Numbered from the stretch's first letter, positions 27,141 through 37,160 are shown. The stretch is 64,000 bases of DNA from Dehalococcoidia bacterium (GCA_040882355.1 JBBEBM010000067.1:1-64000); one strand, 5' to 3'. Notes: generated by a model from the letters alone, not told the origin. Translations and numbers: made by a program.

Positions 27141-30100
27141 ATGCGCCGATTCCTCTGTTCGATTTGCTTGAGGGCAGCTCTGCTTGCCGCCGTTCTGACC
27201 GCGCTCTCGATACCCGTGGTTCAACATGCGGCGCGTCCGGCCTCCGCTGCTGGCATCCCACTTGAGGGAGTCACCGGCATAGCGGTCGGCGGTCTTCACA
27301 CTTGCGCCGTAACTCAGGAGCAAACACCAGGCGGTGGCGGCGGGGCGAAGTGCTGGGGTGCCAACTACGCTGGTCAACTGGGGACCGGGACAACGACCCA
27401 GGCGAGCTATCCGACAGACGTCGTTGGACTCGGGACTGGCGTCGCCAGCGTCGTTGGCGGGGACATCACGAGCTGTGCCGTACTTGTCACAGGTGGCGTC
27501 AAGTGCTGGGGCGAAAGTGGTGTACGCGTCACCGGAGTGCCAGGACCTAACGCCCTGACGCCGGTAGACGTAAACCCTCTCACCAACATAGCGGCTGTCA
27601 CCGTCGGTGCCGACCATAGCTGTGCCCTCACCACTACCGGAGGGGTCAAGTGCTGGGGCTTTGACCTGTACGGGCAGCTCGGCGATGGAAGCAGTGCAGG
27701 CGCCTGCGTCACATTTTGTCCCCCAGTAGAGGTGGCAGGACTAGGGGGCGGCGTGGTCGCAATCAGTGCAGGTGGCTTGCAGACGTGCGCCGTGACCGCC
27801 CCGTTGGGCGGCGTCAAGTGCTGGGGGGAGAACCAGCACGGCCAACTCGGCGCGACAACGGAGATATGCGACCCTCCCGGGGGGTATAGTAATGCACCGT
27901 GCAGCACGACACCCGTCGACGTGTGTGAGACATACGATGGGCAAGGAGTCTGCACGGAGTTCCTGTCGGGGGTGATCGCGGTAGCGGCCGGCTCGGTTCA
28001 CACTTGCGCACTGACCGCGCTGGGTGGGGTCAAGTGCTGGGGTTGGAACGGTTACGGCAAGCTCGGCGGTACGACCCAGGGCGGCACTACCCCTGTCGAT
28101 GTGCCGGGACTTAGCGGTGTCGTTGCTATTTCGGCCGGCGAACTCCACAGTTGTGCACTAACCTCAGCAGGCGCTGTTAAATGCTGGGGATCCAATATTG
28201 ATGGCGAGCTTGGCTGCGGGACAGAGTTTTGCGCTGGCGGGCCGGTTGTACAGGTAGTTGGCCTGGCGACCAGTGGGTCAGCCGTGACGAGCAACCGTTT
28301 CCATAGCTGCGCCATAACGGATGCGGGGCGTGTCAAGTGCTGGGGACGGAGCGCGGAAGGACAGCTCGGCGACGGCACAACTGGCGGTGACCCAAGCTGT
28401 GCCTGCCGCAGAACGCCGGTGGATGTGGTGGTGGGCCCCAACCGGGAGCTACAGATCGCCAACGTCGAGTTCACGCAGGCCATTCAAGAACTCAATCCGT
28501 CACTAGCCGACTTGCAGGCGAACGGGCCGAAGGTACCTATTGTCAAAGGCAAGCCCGCTGTGATGCGGGTGATGCTGCAACAGGTCAGCCAGGATACACC
28601 GGTACGCGTAGAAGCCACCGGTTCTGTGTCCCATACGCGCTTTGGCATTCTGCGGGCCCCCTGCGACCCGCAGAAGCAGCGCAGGCGGGAGGATGGCTGC
28701 GTGACCGCGGACTTCTACTTCACGCCTGGAGACAACGTCAGTGTGACTGTCAAGCTCAAGGATGAGAGGGGGAAGGTGTCGGACAGCGAAGCCATCAGCT
28801 TTAGCACCAGGACCGCGAAACCAATCGTTCTGGTGCCCGTGAAGGTCTGTGATGCAAAGGTGAACGGGAGGTGGCTCTGTAGCAACGAGCGATTGTTGGC
28901 TCACCTGATCCCGTTCCTGAGGTCTAGCGCCCCCACAAATGATGTACGAACAACGGGTAGAACAGAAACCGTGCGTGTCGAGGCAGCGAACCACACAAAC
29001 GACTTCTGGGACACAACTGTACATCGAATCAATAACCTGTGGGCAGCGGACGATCGCCCGCCAAACACTTATTACTACGGGATGGTGCGCACGTATCTCG
29101 GCCCGCTAGGTCTCGCGGACGACATCCCGAGTCGTGGCGCCGCCAGCACCGAATCGTTCGTGGATCGTGGCGTTGAGGTGAACGACCAGACCGTCGCGCA
29201 CGAGACCGCCCACATGCTGGGGCGGAAACACACCAATACAGATGAACCGCAGGCAAACTGCGCCCTAGCTCCTGATCAAACCACAGACTGGCCGTACTCA
29301 AACAACAGTATCCAAGACCTAGGGTTTGATCTCACAGGTCAATTCGGGTCCGATCCAGCGCGGCAACTGATTCGCCCAGAAGGAACTTTTGACTGGATGA
29401 GCTACTGCGTGCCCACCTGGATATCGCCGTTTACGTACACGAAGGTCTCGGACGTTCTCCTCGATCAGGAAGGGGCCGGAGCCGCCGATGTTCGACAGCA
29501 GTCGCTTGTTACAGCCGACTTCTGGAATATCTCAGGACGAATCGAGGGTGGAACGGCGGCGCTTGACCCGCTGTTCACCTTACAGACCAAGGGCTCCGGG
29601 GACGCGGGTAGCGGCACGTACAGAATAGACGTTGAAGACAGCACGGGAAGCATACTCTTTGCGCGCTTCTTCGAACCGACGCGCTTTGGAACTAGGACTA
29701 CGGGCACTGAAATTGAAGGCATGAGCTTCACCGAAATGGTCCCTGTGACTGCCGGAGCAGCCAGCATCATTGTTCGTGACCCCCTGGGTGCTACGCTGGG
29801 TACCATCATGCTAGGTGGGGCCAGTCCGTCCGTAACTATTGGCTATCCTGCGGGCGGTGAGACACTGAGCGGTGAGCAACAGCTAACTTGGACCGCTACT
29901 GATCCAGATAGCAGCTCACACACCTTCCGCGTCGAATATTCCGCTGATGGCGGCGGCACGTGGCAGACGCTCTCTACCGACATTCAAGACACTAGTCTGG
30001 TGGTCGACTTCAATGAGCTGCCGGGCTCCGCCGGGAACGCCGTGGTTCGCGTCTTAGCCTCCGATGGAGCGAACACAGGCGTCGCCGTCTCGCAGCTTTT

Positions 30101-30761
30101 CACCGTACCGACAAAAGGACCGCAGGCCGAGATCGTGGCGCCCGACAACGCGGGTGTCTACGACCTGGGCGACCTCGTGTGGCTGCAGGCGCTCGCATGG
30201 GATCCGGAGGGTGGGTATCTAGATGGCACCCAGGTACAGTGGCAGTCAAGTCGGGACGGTCTCCTGGGCTCTGGGCAGGAGCTGCATATGACGACGCTGT
30301 CCGCAGGCGTCCACACCATCACGTTGACCGTAACAGATGCCGACGGCAACCAGGCCACTGCTGCCGTTACCGTTACCGTAAACGACCCAGACACGGATGG
30401 CGACGGCTGCGGTAACAATCGTGAGCTGGGCGCGAACCCAAGCCAGGGTGGCCAACGCGACCCGCTCAGCTTCTGGGACTTTATGGACCAGTACACGGGC
30501 GCCCCACTGGCCCGCGACGAGATTGTCTCGGTTGGCGACATCGGTGCTGTGGTCGCGCGCTTCGGCGCGACCGGCAATCCCACCGGCGACCCGCTTCAGG
30601 CGCCAGAGAAGGCCAGCGGCTACCACACCATCGCGGACCGCAACGGGTCGTACGCTGGCCAGGACCCATGGGACCTGCTGCCGCCGGACGGGAACATCTC
30701 CGTCGGCGACATTGGAGCGGTCGTGGGCCAGTTCGGCCACACTTGCTTCACCGATCCCTAG
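27141..30761 (+). CDS. Secreted multidomain protein: RCC1-like repeats, zinc metallopeptidase, Ig-like domains, C-terminal dockerin-like module
   Basis: Signal peptide; about 7 H.CA...GVKCWG....GQLG repeats; HETAHMLGRKH; MSYC Met-turn; DTDGDGC...SVGDIGAVV..FG twice. Confidence 0.85.
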   Translation: MRRFLCSICLRAALLAAVLTALSIPVVQHAARPASAAGIPLEGVTGIAVGGLHTCAVTQEQTPGGGGGAKCWGANYAGQLGTGTTTQASYPTDVVGLGTGVASVVGGDITSCAVLVTGGVKCWGESGVRVTGVPGPNALTPVDVNPLTNIAAVTVGADHSCALTTTGGVKCWGFDLYGQLGDGSSAGACVTFCPPVEVAGLGGGVVAISAGGLQTCAVTAPLGGVKCWGENQHGQLGATTEICDPPGGYSNAPCSTTPVDVCETYDGQGVCTEFLSGVIAVAAGSVHTCALTALGGVKCWGWNGYGKLGGTTQGGTTPVDVPGLSGVVAISAGELHSCALTSAGAVKCWGSNIDGELGCGTEFCAGGPVVQVVGLATSGSAVTSNRFHSCAITDAGRVKCWGRSAEGQLGDGTTGGDPSCACRRTPVDVVVGPNRELQIANVEFTQAIQELNPSLADLQANGPKVPIVKGKPAVMRVMLQQVSQDTPVRVEATGSVSHTRFGILRAPCDPQKQRRREDGCVTADFYFTPGDNVSVTVKLKDERGKVSDSEAISFSTRTAKPIVLVPVKVCDAKVNGRWLCSNERLLAHLIPFLRSSAPTNDVRTTGRTETVRVEAANHTNDFWDTTVHRINNLWAADDRPPNTYYYGMVRTYLGPLGLADDIPSRGAASTESFVDRGVEVNDQTVAHETAHMLGRKHTNTDEPQANCALAPDQTTDWPYSNNSIQDLGFDLTGQFGSDPARQLIRPEGTFDWMSYCVPTWISPFTYTKVSDVLLDQEGAGAADVRQQSLVTADFWNISGRIEGGTAALDPLFTLQTKGSGDAGSGTYRIDVEDSTGSILFARFFEPTRFGTRTTGTEIEGMSFTEMVPVTAGAASIIVRDPLGATLGTIMLGGASPSVTIGYPAGGETLSGEQQLTWTATDPDSSSHTFRVEYSADGGGTWQTLSTDIQDTSLVVDFNELPGSAGNAVVRVLASDGANTGVAVSQLFTVPTKGPQAEIVAPDNAGVYDLGDLVWLQALAWDPEGGYLDGTQVQWQSSRDGLLGSGQELHMTTLSAGVHTITLTVTDADGNQATAAVTVTVNDPDTDGDGCGNNRELGANPSQGGQRDPLSFWDFMDQYTGAPLARDEIVSVGDIGAVVARFGATGNPTGDPLQAPEKASGYHTIADRNGSYAGQDPWDLLPPDGNISVGDIGAVVGQFGHTCFTDP

Positions 30762-30801
30762 CCTGCACCCTAGCCGGCCGCGCCCCGCGCCGAGACGCGT
30801 C

Positions 30802-31680
30802 CTACTGGGGTGGCGGGAGGCCGAGCGCGCGGGCGGCCCATGGCAGGGCAACGGTGAGCTGCCGGAGCTGCAGGTCTCGGACCCGCCTGAGATACTCGGG
30901 CGCGGGGAGCCCGGCCCGTCCCGCCAGGTAGCCGGCGATCATCGCAACCAGGCCCGGCTCACCGTCGTACACGTCGTCAGGTAGCGGGCCGCCCTCGGTG
31001 TGAAGGCTGGGCAGCCACGCGACGAGGTCCAGCTCGGAGTTGCCCACCGACGCCCAGTTCCAGTCCACGAGCACCGTCCGCTCGCCGTCGAAGCAGATGT
31101 TGTCGCTGCGAACGTCCAGGTGCAGCAACGCACCGCGTTCGAGAGGGGCGCTCGCTTCGGCTTGCAGGAGGACCGGCAGCGCCCCCTGCAGCCACTCAGC
31201 GGAGCAGACGCCGAGCGACAGGAACGGCGCCACATCGCGCTCCACCAGGTACCAGCCGCTGAAGTGCTCGCGCTGGTCGACGACACGCCGCACGCGCTCG
31301 GGCGGCGGGGTGCTCGCCACCGCGGACAGCGTCGTGAGTACGCGCTCGATGAGGGCGCTCGACCAGGGCGGCGGCCAGACGCCGCGGCTCAAGTCTTCGA
31401 GGACGAGGATGCGCCGCCCGTGATCGTCCCTGGTCCAGCCCAGCACCGAGGGCAGAAACCCGCCATCGCAGGAGTCGTAGATGATGCGCTCCACCTGCAA
31501 CCAGCCGTCGGTGTCGTCGTCGGTCGCCGCCTTGACGAACGCGGATGAGCCGTCGTCGAAGGTGGCGACGCAGCGGGTGGCCTGCGTGTAGCCCGACGCA
31601 ATCGGCGTCCAGCCGACGATTCGCCGACCGAGCAGGCGCTCGACAGGCGCGCGCAGCCTCGTGAAGTCGGGGGCGCTCAT
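30802..31680 (-). CDS. Phosphotransferase (APH/choline kinase-like)
   Basis: AFVK, LVLEDL, HLDVRSDN, VDW. Confidence 0.85.
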   Translation of the reverse strand: MSAPDFTRLRAPVERLLGRRIVGWTPIASGYTQATRCVATFDDGSSAFVKAATDDDTDGWLQVERIIYDSCDGGFLPSVLGWTRDDHGRRILVLEDLSRGVWPPPWSSALIERVLTTLSAVASTPPPERVRRVVDQREHFSGWYLVERDVAPFLSLGVCSAEWLQGALPVLLQAEASAPLERGALLHLDVRSDNICFDGERTVLVDWNWASVGNSELDLVAWLPSLHTEGGPLPDDVYDGEPGLVAMIAGYLAGRAGLPAPEYLRRVRDLQLRQLTVALPWAARALGLPPPQ

Positions 31681-31844
31681 GAGTTCGAAGTGCTCTCGCG
31701 AGGCTTCCGCGCCGCCAGGATGATGTGCGAACCGGTGTCGACGAGGCCGGGCGCGCGGCAGAGCTCGCGCCGAAGCCGCTCCCACTCGTAGCCGGCGTAG
31801 GTGTCGTAGAAGTTGCGCGTGCGCGCCGGGTCGTACATCGTCAT
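31677..31844 (-). pseudogene. Probable internally deleted SAM-dependent methyltransferase remnant
   Basis: N-terminal RNFYDTYAGYEWERL joined directly to C-terminal-like ELCRAPGLVDTGSHII..ARK; no GxGxG core. Confidence 0.5.
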
Positions 31845-32077
31845 GATCCCCTCGTGTGGTGGCGTCCAGTATACGGGGCGAGCGCTGCACCCCAACCATC
31901 GTCCCGTTTGACAACGCCGACGGCCCCGTGCTACGGTCTCCCATCATACGCGACTGGTGGTGAGGGCATCGAGAACATGAAGCGCGTATCGCGGGCGTAG
32001 GGAGAGGCCCACGAGAAGCGCCGCCATCGCCACCCCAGCCTGCCGGCAGGTAGGCGCCCCTGGGAGGAGGTGCGGCC

Positions 32078-34069
32078 ATGCTGCGCCGCATACTGCTGCT
32101 CGTACTCGCTGGCTGGCTGGGCGTCATCACCTGGAGCAGCGGCGGTCCGGCCTCCGCAACGGGGCCGGTCGTCTTCACGCACGGCGTCGCCAGCGGCGAC
32201 GTCACCTCGACGACGGCAATCGTCTGGACGCGCATCGACGTGGCGGAGACGATCACTGCCCAGGTCGATGACGACCCTGGCTTCGGGACGCTCGACTTCT
32301 CGCAGGCGGTCGTTACCGCAGCCGCCAGCGATTTCACGGCGAAGGTCGATGCGACCGGCCTCACCCCGAACACCGTGTACTACTACCGCTGGCACCACGA
32401 CAACGCCGGCAGCGACCAGTTCAGCCCAACCGGCACGTTCAAGACAGCGCCCGACGAGAACGCGTCCATTGACGTTTCGTTCGCCTATTCCGGCGACTCG
32501 GACGGCACGACGACCAATGTGGCGCCTGCCTTCCCGCAGGACTTCGCCACGCTCGACCTGGCGAACGCGGACAACCCCGACTTCTTCGTCTACCTGGGCG
32601 ACACGATCTACTCGGACTCGGGGCTGCGGAACAACCTGCCCGACCCGCCCGGCCCGGGCCCCGCGACGACCGTCGAGCAGTACCGCGAGGCGTACCAGAT
32701 GAACCGCAGCATCCAGGCACTGCCAGACTTGCTTGAGAGCACTTCGATCTACGCCCAGCCGGACGACCACGAGGTGCAGAACGACTACAGCGGCGAGACC
32801 GTCGACCAGACGCGCTATGACAACGGCCGCCAGGCGTTCCTGGAGTACATGCCTGTGCGCGAAACGGGCCTGCTCAGCGATGCCTCCTGCGCGGGCGACC
32901 CCCTCTATCGCACGTTCCGCTGGGGCAGCGAGGTCGAGATCTTCGTGCTGGACGAGCGTTCTTGCCGCAACGACGACTTAGAGACGACCTGCTCCAGCGA
33001 CCTGGGTCCCACGTTTCCCAGCGCCGTCCGCACCCAGTCGCCGTTCAACGTCTTCCTCCAGCCAATGCCCCCCGCTGGCTGCCTGGCCGCGCTCAACGAC
33101 GGCAACCGGACGATGCTGGGCCCGGTGCAGAAGGCGCAGTTCAAGGCGGACCTACTCGCCTCCGACGCGCGCTTCAAGTTCGTCGTCAGCCAGCTAGCCG
33201 TCCAGCAGTTCCACGTCCTGCTCTACGACCGGTGGGAGGGCTACGGCGCGGAGCGCACCGAACTGCTGAACTACATCCGGGACAACAGCGTCGAAGACGT
33301 CATCTTCCTCACCACGGACAACCACGCCAACCTGATGAACGAGGTCGCCATCGACCGCTTCGCCGACCCGCGCACGGTCGCGTACGAGCTGATCACGGGC
33401 CCAATCGCCACGAACACGCTGCAAACGTCGGTCTTCAACATGTTCGGGCAGTTCGGTGTGGACGCGTTCAACACGGCGCTCGGTTACTCGGGCACGGACT
33501 GTCGGGACCTGGACGCCATTTCCTACGGCCTGCTCGACATCGACGCCGCTGCCGGCACCGCGACCGCCACGTTTAAGGACGACGCAGGCGCCTCCGTCCA
33601 GAACCAGGCGACGCCGCCGATCGCGAGCTGCGATAAGGTGTTCCCAGCGCCGACGCTCCAGATCCTGGACTGCGACGTCAACGGCGACGCCGTCTGCTCC
33701 GTAGGCGACATCGGCGTCGTGGTAGGCGCGTTCGGGAGCGCCAACCAGGTCGGCGATCTGAACGCGGACTCGCAGATCAGCGTGGGCGACATAGGACTCG
33801 TGGTGGGCGCCTTCGGGCTGACCGATCCGACGACGAATCTACCGGAGGGCCGCCTCGTCCGCTTCTTCATCAAGGAGGGCGGCCCGGGCACGCTGACCTG
33901 CGCGGCGACGGACCTGCCCGCAGGCGCCACGTTCAGCACCTCGTGCGAGTTCGTCTGGACGCCGTCGCCGACCCAGTCGGGCAGCTATCGCGTCACGTTC
34001 AGCGTCTCGAACGGCACCGCCACAGAGATCGAAACGCTGCCAATAACCGTGCTGGATACGATGCCGTGA
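32078..34069 (+). CDS. phoD: PhoD-family alkaline phosphatase with dockerin-like and Ig-like C-terminal domains
   Basis: FTHGVASGD, LGDTIYSD, DDHEV.ND, DERS.R, DRWEGY..ER, TTDNH. Confidence 0.88.
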   Translation: MLRRILLLVLAGWLGVITWSSGGPASATGPVVFTHGVASGDVTSTTAIVWTRIDVAETITAQVDDDPGFGTLDFSQAVVTAAASDFTAKVDATGLTPNTVYYYRWHHDNAGSDQFSPTGTFKTAPDENASIDVSFAYSGDSDGTTTNVAPAFPQDFATLDLANADNPDFFVYLGDTIYSDSGLRNNLPDPPGPGPATTVEQYREAYQMNRSIQALPDLLESTSIYAQPDDHEVQNDYSGETVDQTRYDNGRQAFLEYMPVRETGLLSDASCAGDPLYRTFRWGSEVEIFVLDERSCRNDDLETTCSSDLGPTFPSAVRTQSPFNVFLQPMPPAGCLAALNDGNRTMLGPVQKAQFKADLLASDARFKFVVSQLAVQQFHVLLYDRWEGYGAERTELLNYIRDNSVEDVIFLTTDNHANLMNEVAIDRFADPRTVAYELITGPIATNTLQTSVFNMFGQFGVDAFNTALGYSGTDCRDLDAISYGLLDIDAAAGTATATFKDDAGASVQNQATPPIASCDKVFPAPTLQILDCDVNGDAVCSVGDIGVVVGAFGSANQVGDLNADSQISVGDIGLVVGAFGLTDPTTNLPEGRLVRFFIKEGGPGTLTCAATDLPAGATFSTSCEFVWTPSPTQSGSYRVTFSVSNGTATEIETLPITVLDTMP

Positions 34070-34082
34070 CCCGGAGAGCGCC

Positions 34083-34778
34083 CTAGCTGCGGCAGCTCTC
34101 GCCGTCCGCCCGCGGCGGACGCCAGGCGACCTCGAAGATGCGCTGGCGGCCGCGCACGCCGCGGAGCTGGCGCCGGCCGATGTCGGCGAAGCGCACGCCA
34201 TCGACACGGCCCGCGAGCACCCGCGTCGCCTCGGACGCGAGGATCTGGCCGCCTGAGGCCCGCCCGGCGATGCGGGAGGCGATGTTGACGGTGTGTCCGA
34301 AGAAGTCATCGCCCTCACGAATGGCGTCGCCGCTGTTCAGGCCCACGGAGACGCCCAGCCTCTGGCCCAGGTGGACAGACTCGTGGGCTAAGGCGGCCCG
34401 CTGGATCTCGGCGGCGCAGCGCACGGCGCGGGCGGCGCTGGAGAAGGCGATCATGAAGCCGTCGCCGGTCTGCTTCACTTCGAAGCCGCCGTGTTGCCCA
34501 ATCTGCTCGCGCACGAGACCGTGGTACGCCTGGATGAGCTCGCGCACGACCTCCTGGTCGACGCGGCTGGCGAAGGACGTGTAGCCCTCCAGGTCGGTGA
34601 AGACGATGGTGACCAGATCGCCGGGGGCCGGGGCAAGGGTGGCAGCCAGCGCGCGCCCGCACTGGCCGCAGAAGCGAAACCCCTCAGGCATTGCGGCGCC
34701 GCAGGTGGGGCAGAGCTCCACCTGCGAGCCACCCTCGCGCCTAAACGCGGGGTTCACCTCCGCTTTCGCTTCAAGCAT
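34083..34778 (-). CDS. Zinc-ribbon + class III nucleotide cyclase
   Basis: CPTCG...FCGQCG; FTDLEGYT, KQTGDG, DFFG.TVN.ASR; start uncertain. Confidence 0.88.
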   Translation of the reverse strand: MLEAKAEVNPAFRREGGSQVELCPTCGAAMPEGFRFCGQCGRALAATLAPAPGDLVTIVFTDLEGYTSFASRVDQEVVRELIQAYHGLVREQIGQHGGFEVKQTGDGFMIAFSSAARAVRCAAEIQRAALAHESVHLGQRLGVSVGLNSGDAIREGDDFFGHTVNIASRIAGRASGGQILASEATRVLAGRVDGVRFADIGRRQLRGVRGRQRIFEVAWRPPRADGESCRS

Positions 34779-34800
34779 CGTCACCTGACTAGTCCCCCTA

Positions 34801-34835
34801 ACAAAGAAACAGCCCACTGCATACGGCAGTGGGCT
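34801..34835 (-). terminator. Intrinsic terminator
   Basis: 10-bp stem agcccactgc/gcagtgggct followed on minus strand by GTTTCTTTGT. Confidence 0.7.
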
Positions 34836-35000
34836 CGCAACTCGATACGGTTTCGCGTATCAGCTACGTTCACCCACGCCAGCCGACGCCCCATCCACCG
34901 ACGAAGTGGACGCGGCGCGACACATCGACGAGGTCACATTCTGCCCGATTTGTTCTCGCTCCATGTTCTCCTTTAGCTTACCAGCCCGGCCGCCCGGCGG

Positions 35001-36944
35001 TCAAGAAACAGATGGCTTAGCCGGCGCCGGGGCGGGCGTTCCGCCGTTCGATGCGATCGACTTCGACTGGTCGAGGAAGTGAGGCTCGCCTTCGCCGTTT
35101 CGCTCCTGATAGGTCATCTGGTAGAGCTTGGCGTACAGGCCGTCCGTGGCGAGCAGCTCGTCGTGCGTGCCCTGCTCGGCGATGTGCCCCTGATCGAGCA
35201 CGATGACGCGGTCCGCGCTGCGGATGGTGGACAACCTGTGGGCAATGACGAACGACGTGCGGTTGCGAAGCAGCTCGCGGAGCGCCTGCTGGATCACGGC
35301 TTCGGTGCGGGTGTCGACGTTTGCCGTGGCCTCGTCCAGGATGAGGATGCGCGGGTCGGCCAGGACCGCCCGGGCAAAGCTGATGAGCTGTCGCTGGCCC
35401 ACTGAGACGTTCTGGCCCCGCTCGTGAAGGACGGTGTCGTAGCCGAGCTCCAGCCGCGCGATGAAGTCATGGGCGCCGACCGCGCGAGCCGCCTTTTCAG
35501 CATCTTCCCGCGTGGCCTCGGGCCGGCCGTAGCAGATGTTCTCCAACACGGTACCCGAGAAGAGGAACGCCTCCTGGAGGACCAGCCCCATCCGCCGGGC
35601 AAGCGACTGGCGCTTGATATGGCGAATGTCGTGGCCATCGACGAGGATCCGGCCGCCGGTCACGTCGTAGAATCGGGCAGCTAGGGACGTGATGGTCGTC
35701 TTGCCGGCGCCCGTCGGCCCGACGAAGGCGACCGTTTCGCCGGGGTTCACGTGCAGGCTGAAGTCGCGCAGGACGGGTACGCCCTCGGCGTACTCGAAGT
35801 CGACGTGCTCGAAGGTGACCTCGCCGCGCACGTCCTCCAGCTCAACTGCGTCCGCAGCGTCCTGGATCTCCGGCTCGGTGTCCAGCACCTCGAAGATGCG
35901 CTCGCCGCCCGCCATCGCCCGCTGGATCTGCGTGTACTGGAGCACCAGGTCACGCACGGGATCGAAGAAGCGCTGAACGGATAGGGCGAACGTCACGACG
36001 ACACCGACGGACATCGCACCATCCAGGACCTTGTAGCCGCCGTAGACGATGACCAGCGCCGTCGCGATGGCGACCGATAGCTCCACCAGCGGCATGACGA
36101 TGGCCGTGACCCGGCCGGCGACGACGTTCGCCATCAGATTGTCGCGGTTGACGGTGTCGAAGCGCTTGCTGTTCTCCGCCTCGCGCGAAAGGCTCTGGAT
36201 CACCCGCACACCCGACACGTTCTCTTGCAGGCTGGCGTTGACGATCGCGATCGCCTGCCGCACGCGGATGAACGAGCGGCGGGCATAGGCCTGCCAGATC
36301 GCCATCGCGGCAACCAGGAACGGCACGACGGCGAAGGTGATCAGAGCCAGCTCCGCGTCCAGATAGAGCATGATCCCGACCACCACGAACAGTCCCACGA
36401 AGTCCGCGAGGATAGTGATCATGCCGCTGGTCAGGAGCTCCTGCAACGTCGTGACATCGCTGGTGATGCGCGACATCACCCTTCCTACCTCGTTGCCATC
36501 GTAGAAGCGCAGCGAGAGCTTCTGGAGGTGGTTGAACATCTGCGTGCGCAGCGTGAACAGGATGCGATGCCCAATCCAGCCAGTGTTCGTAAGCTGGACC
36601 CAGTACGCGCCCCAACTGAAGAGCACCAGGCCCAGGAAGATGAACCCCGTCCTGTTGAGCTTGCCTAGGTCGCCGTCACTCGCTGCATCGATGAGTGTAC
36701 CGATGAGCAGCGCCTGCACGGGTACCGCCGCGGCAAAGCCGAGCATGCCGATGAGCGCCAGCGCGGTCCGAAACTTGAATGGACGGAGATACGGGATGAG
36801 CCGGGTCATCACTCGGTGGTTATAGAGCGACCCGTACTCCTCGTCGTCCCAGCCGTCGGTGCTGCGGCGCAAGCGCTGGCCGGGCCCGCCCGGGCCCATG
36901 CCACCGCTCCAGCCGCCGGCCGCTCCGGCGCCCCAGTAGGCCAT
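35001..36944 (-). CDS. ABC exporter ATP-binding/permease subunit
   Basis: TMD + GPTGAGKT, SVGQRQL, ILDEAT, IAHRLST. Confidence 0.95.
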   Translation of the reverse strand: MAYWGAGAAGGWSGGMGPGGPGQRLRRSTDGWDDEEYGSLYNHRVMTRLIPYLRPFKFRTALALIGMLGFAAAVPVQALLIGTLIDAASDGDLGKLNRTGFIFLGLVLFSWGAYWVQLTNTGWIGHRILFTLRTQMFNHLQKLSLRFYDGNEVGRVMSRITSDVTTLQELLTSGMITILADFVGLFVVVGIMLYLDAELALITFAVVPFLVAAMAIWQAYARRSFIRVRQAIAIVNASLQENVSGVRVIQSLSREAENSKRFDTVNRDNLMANVVAGRVTAIVMPLVELSVAIATALVIVYGGYKVLDGAMSVGVVVTFALSVQRFFDPVRDLVLQYTQIQRAMAGGERIFEVLDTEPEIQDAADAVELEDVRGEVTFEHVDFEYAEGVPVLRDFSLHVNPGETVAFVGPTGAGKTTITSLAARFYDVTGGRILVDGHDIRHIKRQSLARRMGLVLQEAFLFSGTVLENICYGRPEATREDAEKAARAVGAHDFIARLELGYDTVLHERGQNVSVGQRQLISFARAVLADPRILILDEATANVDTRTEAVIQQALRELLRNRTSFVIAHRLSTIRSADRVIVLDQGHIAEQGTHDELLATDGLYAKLYQMTYQERNGEGEPHFLDQSKSIASNGGTPAPAPAKPSVS

Positions 36945-36946
36945 CG

Positions 36947-37147
36947 CTACGCTTCGACTCCCTTGCGTTTCGCCCGCGCGCGGGCGGCGACCTCAAGGCG
37001 CTGGCCGGCGAGAACGAGCTGGCGGGCCCGCTCTCTTGTCAGGCCGCCAAGCTGCTCGCCGATCTCACGCAGCTTCAACCCTTCTCGCCGTAGGCGAAGC
37101 GCTTCGATCGCCTTCTCCCGTACGGCAGGACTTGGACGCGATACCAT
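36947..37147 (-). CDS. Small sigma70 region 4-like HTH protein
   Basis: LREIGEQLGGLTRERARQL; GGAGG RBS; fills the space between the ABC genes. Confidence 0.7.
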   Translation of the reverse strand: MVSRPSPAVREKAIEALRLRREGLKLREIGEQLGGLTRERARQLVLAGQRLEVAARARAKRKGVEA

Positions 37148-37160
37148 CGGTTCCCTCCTC

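Noticed and set aside
27290..28430. Recurring aagtgctgggg as a CRISPR-like or DGR repeat
   Set aside because: These encode the KCWG of in-frame RCC1 repeats; no cas or reverse transcriptase gene is present.
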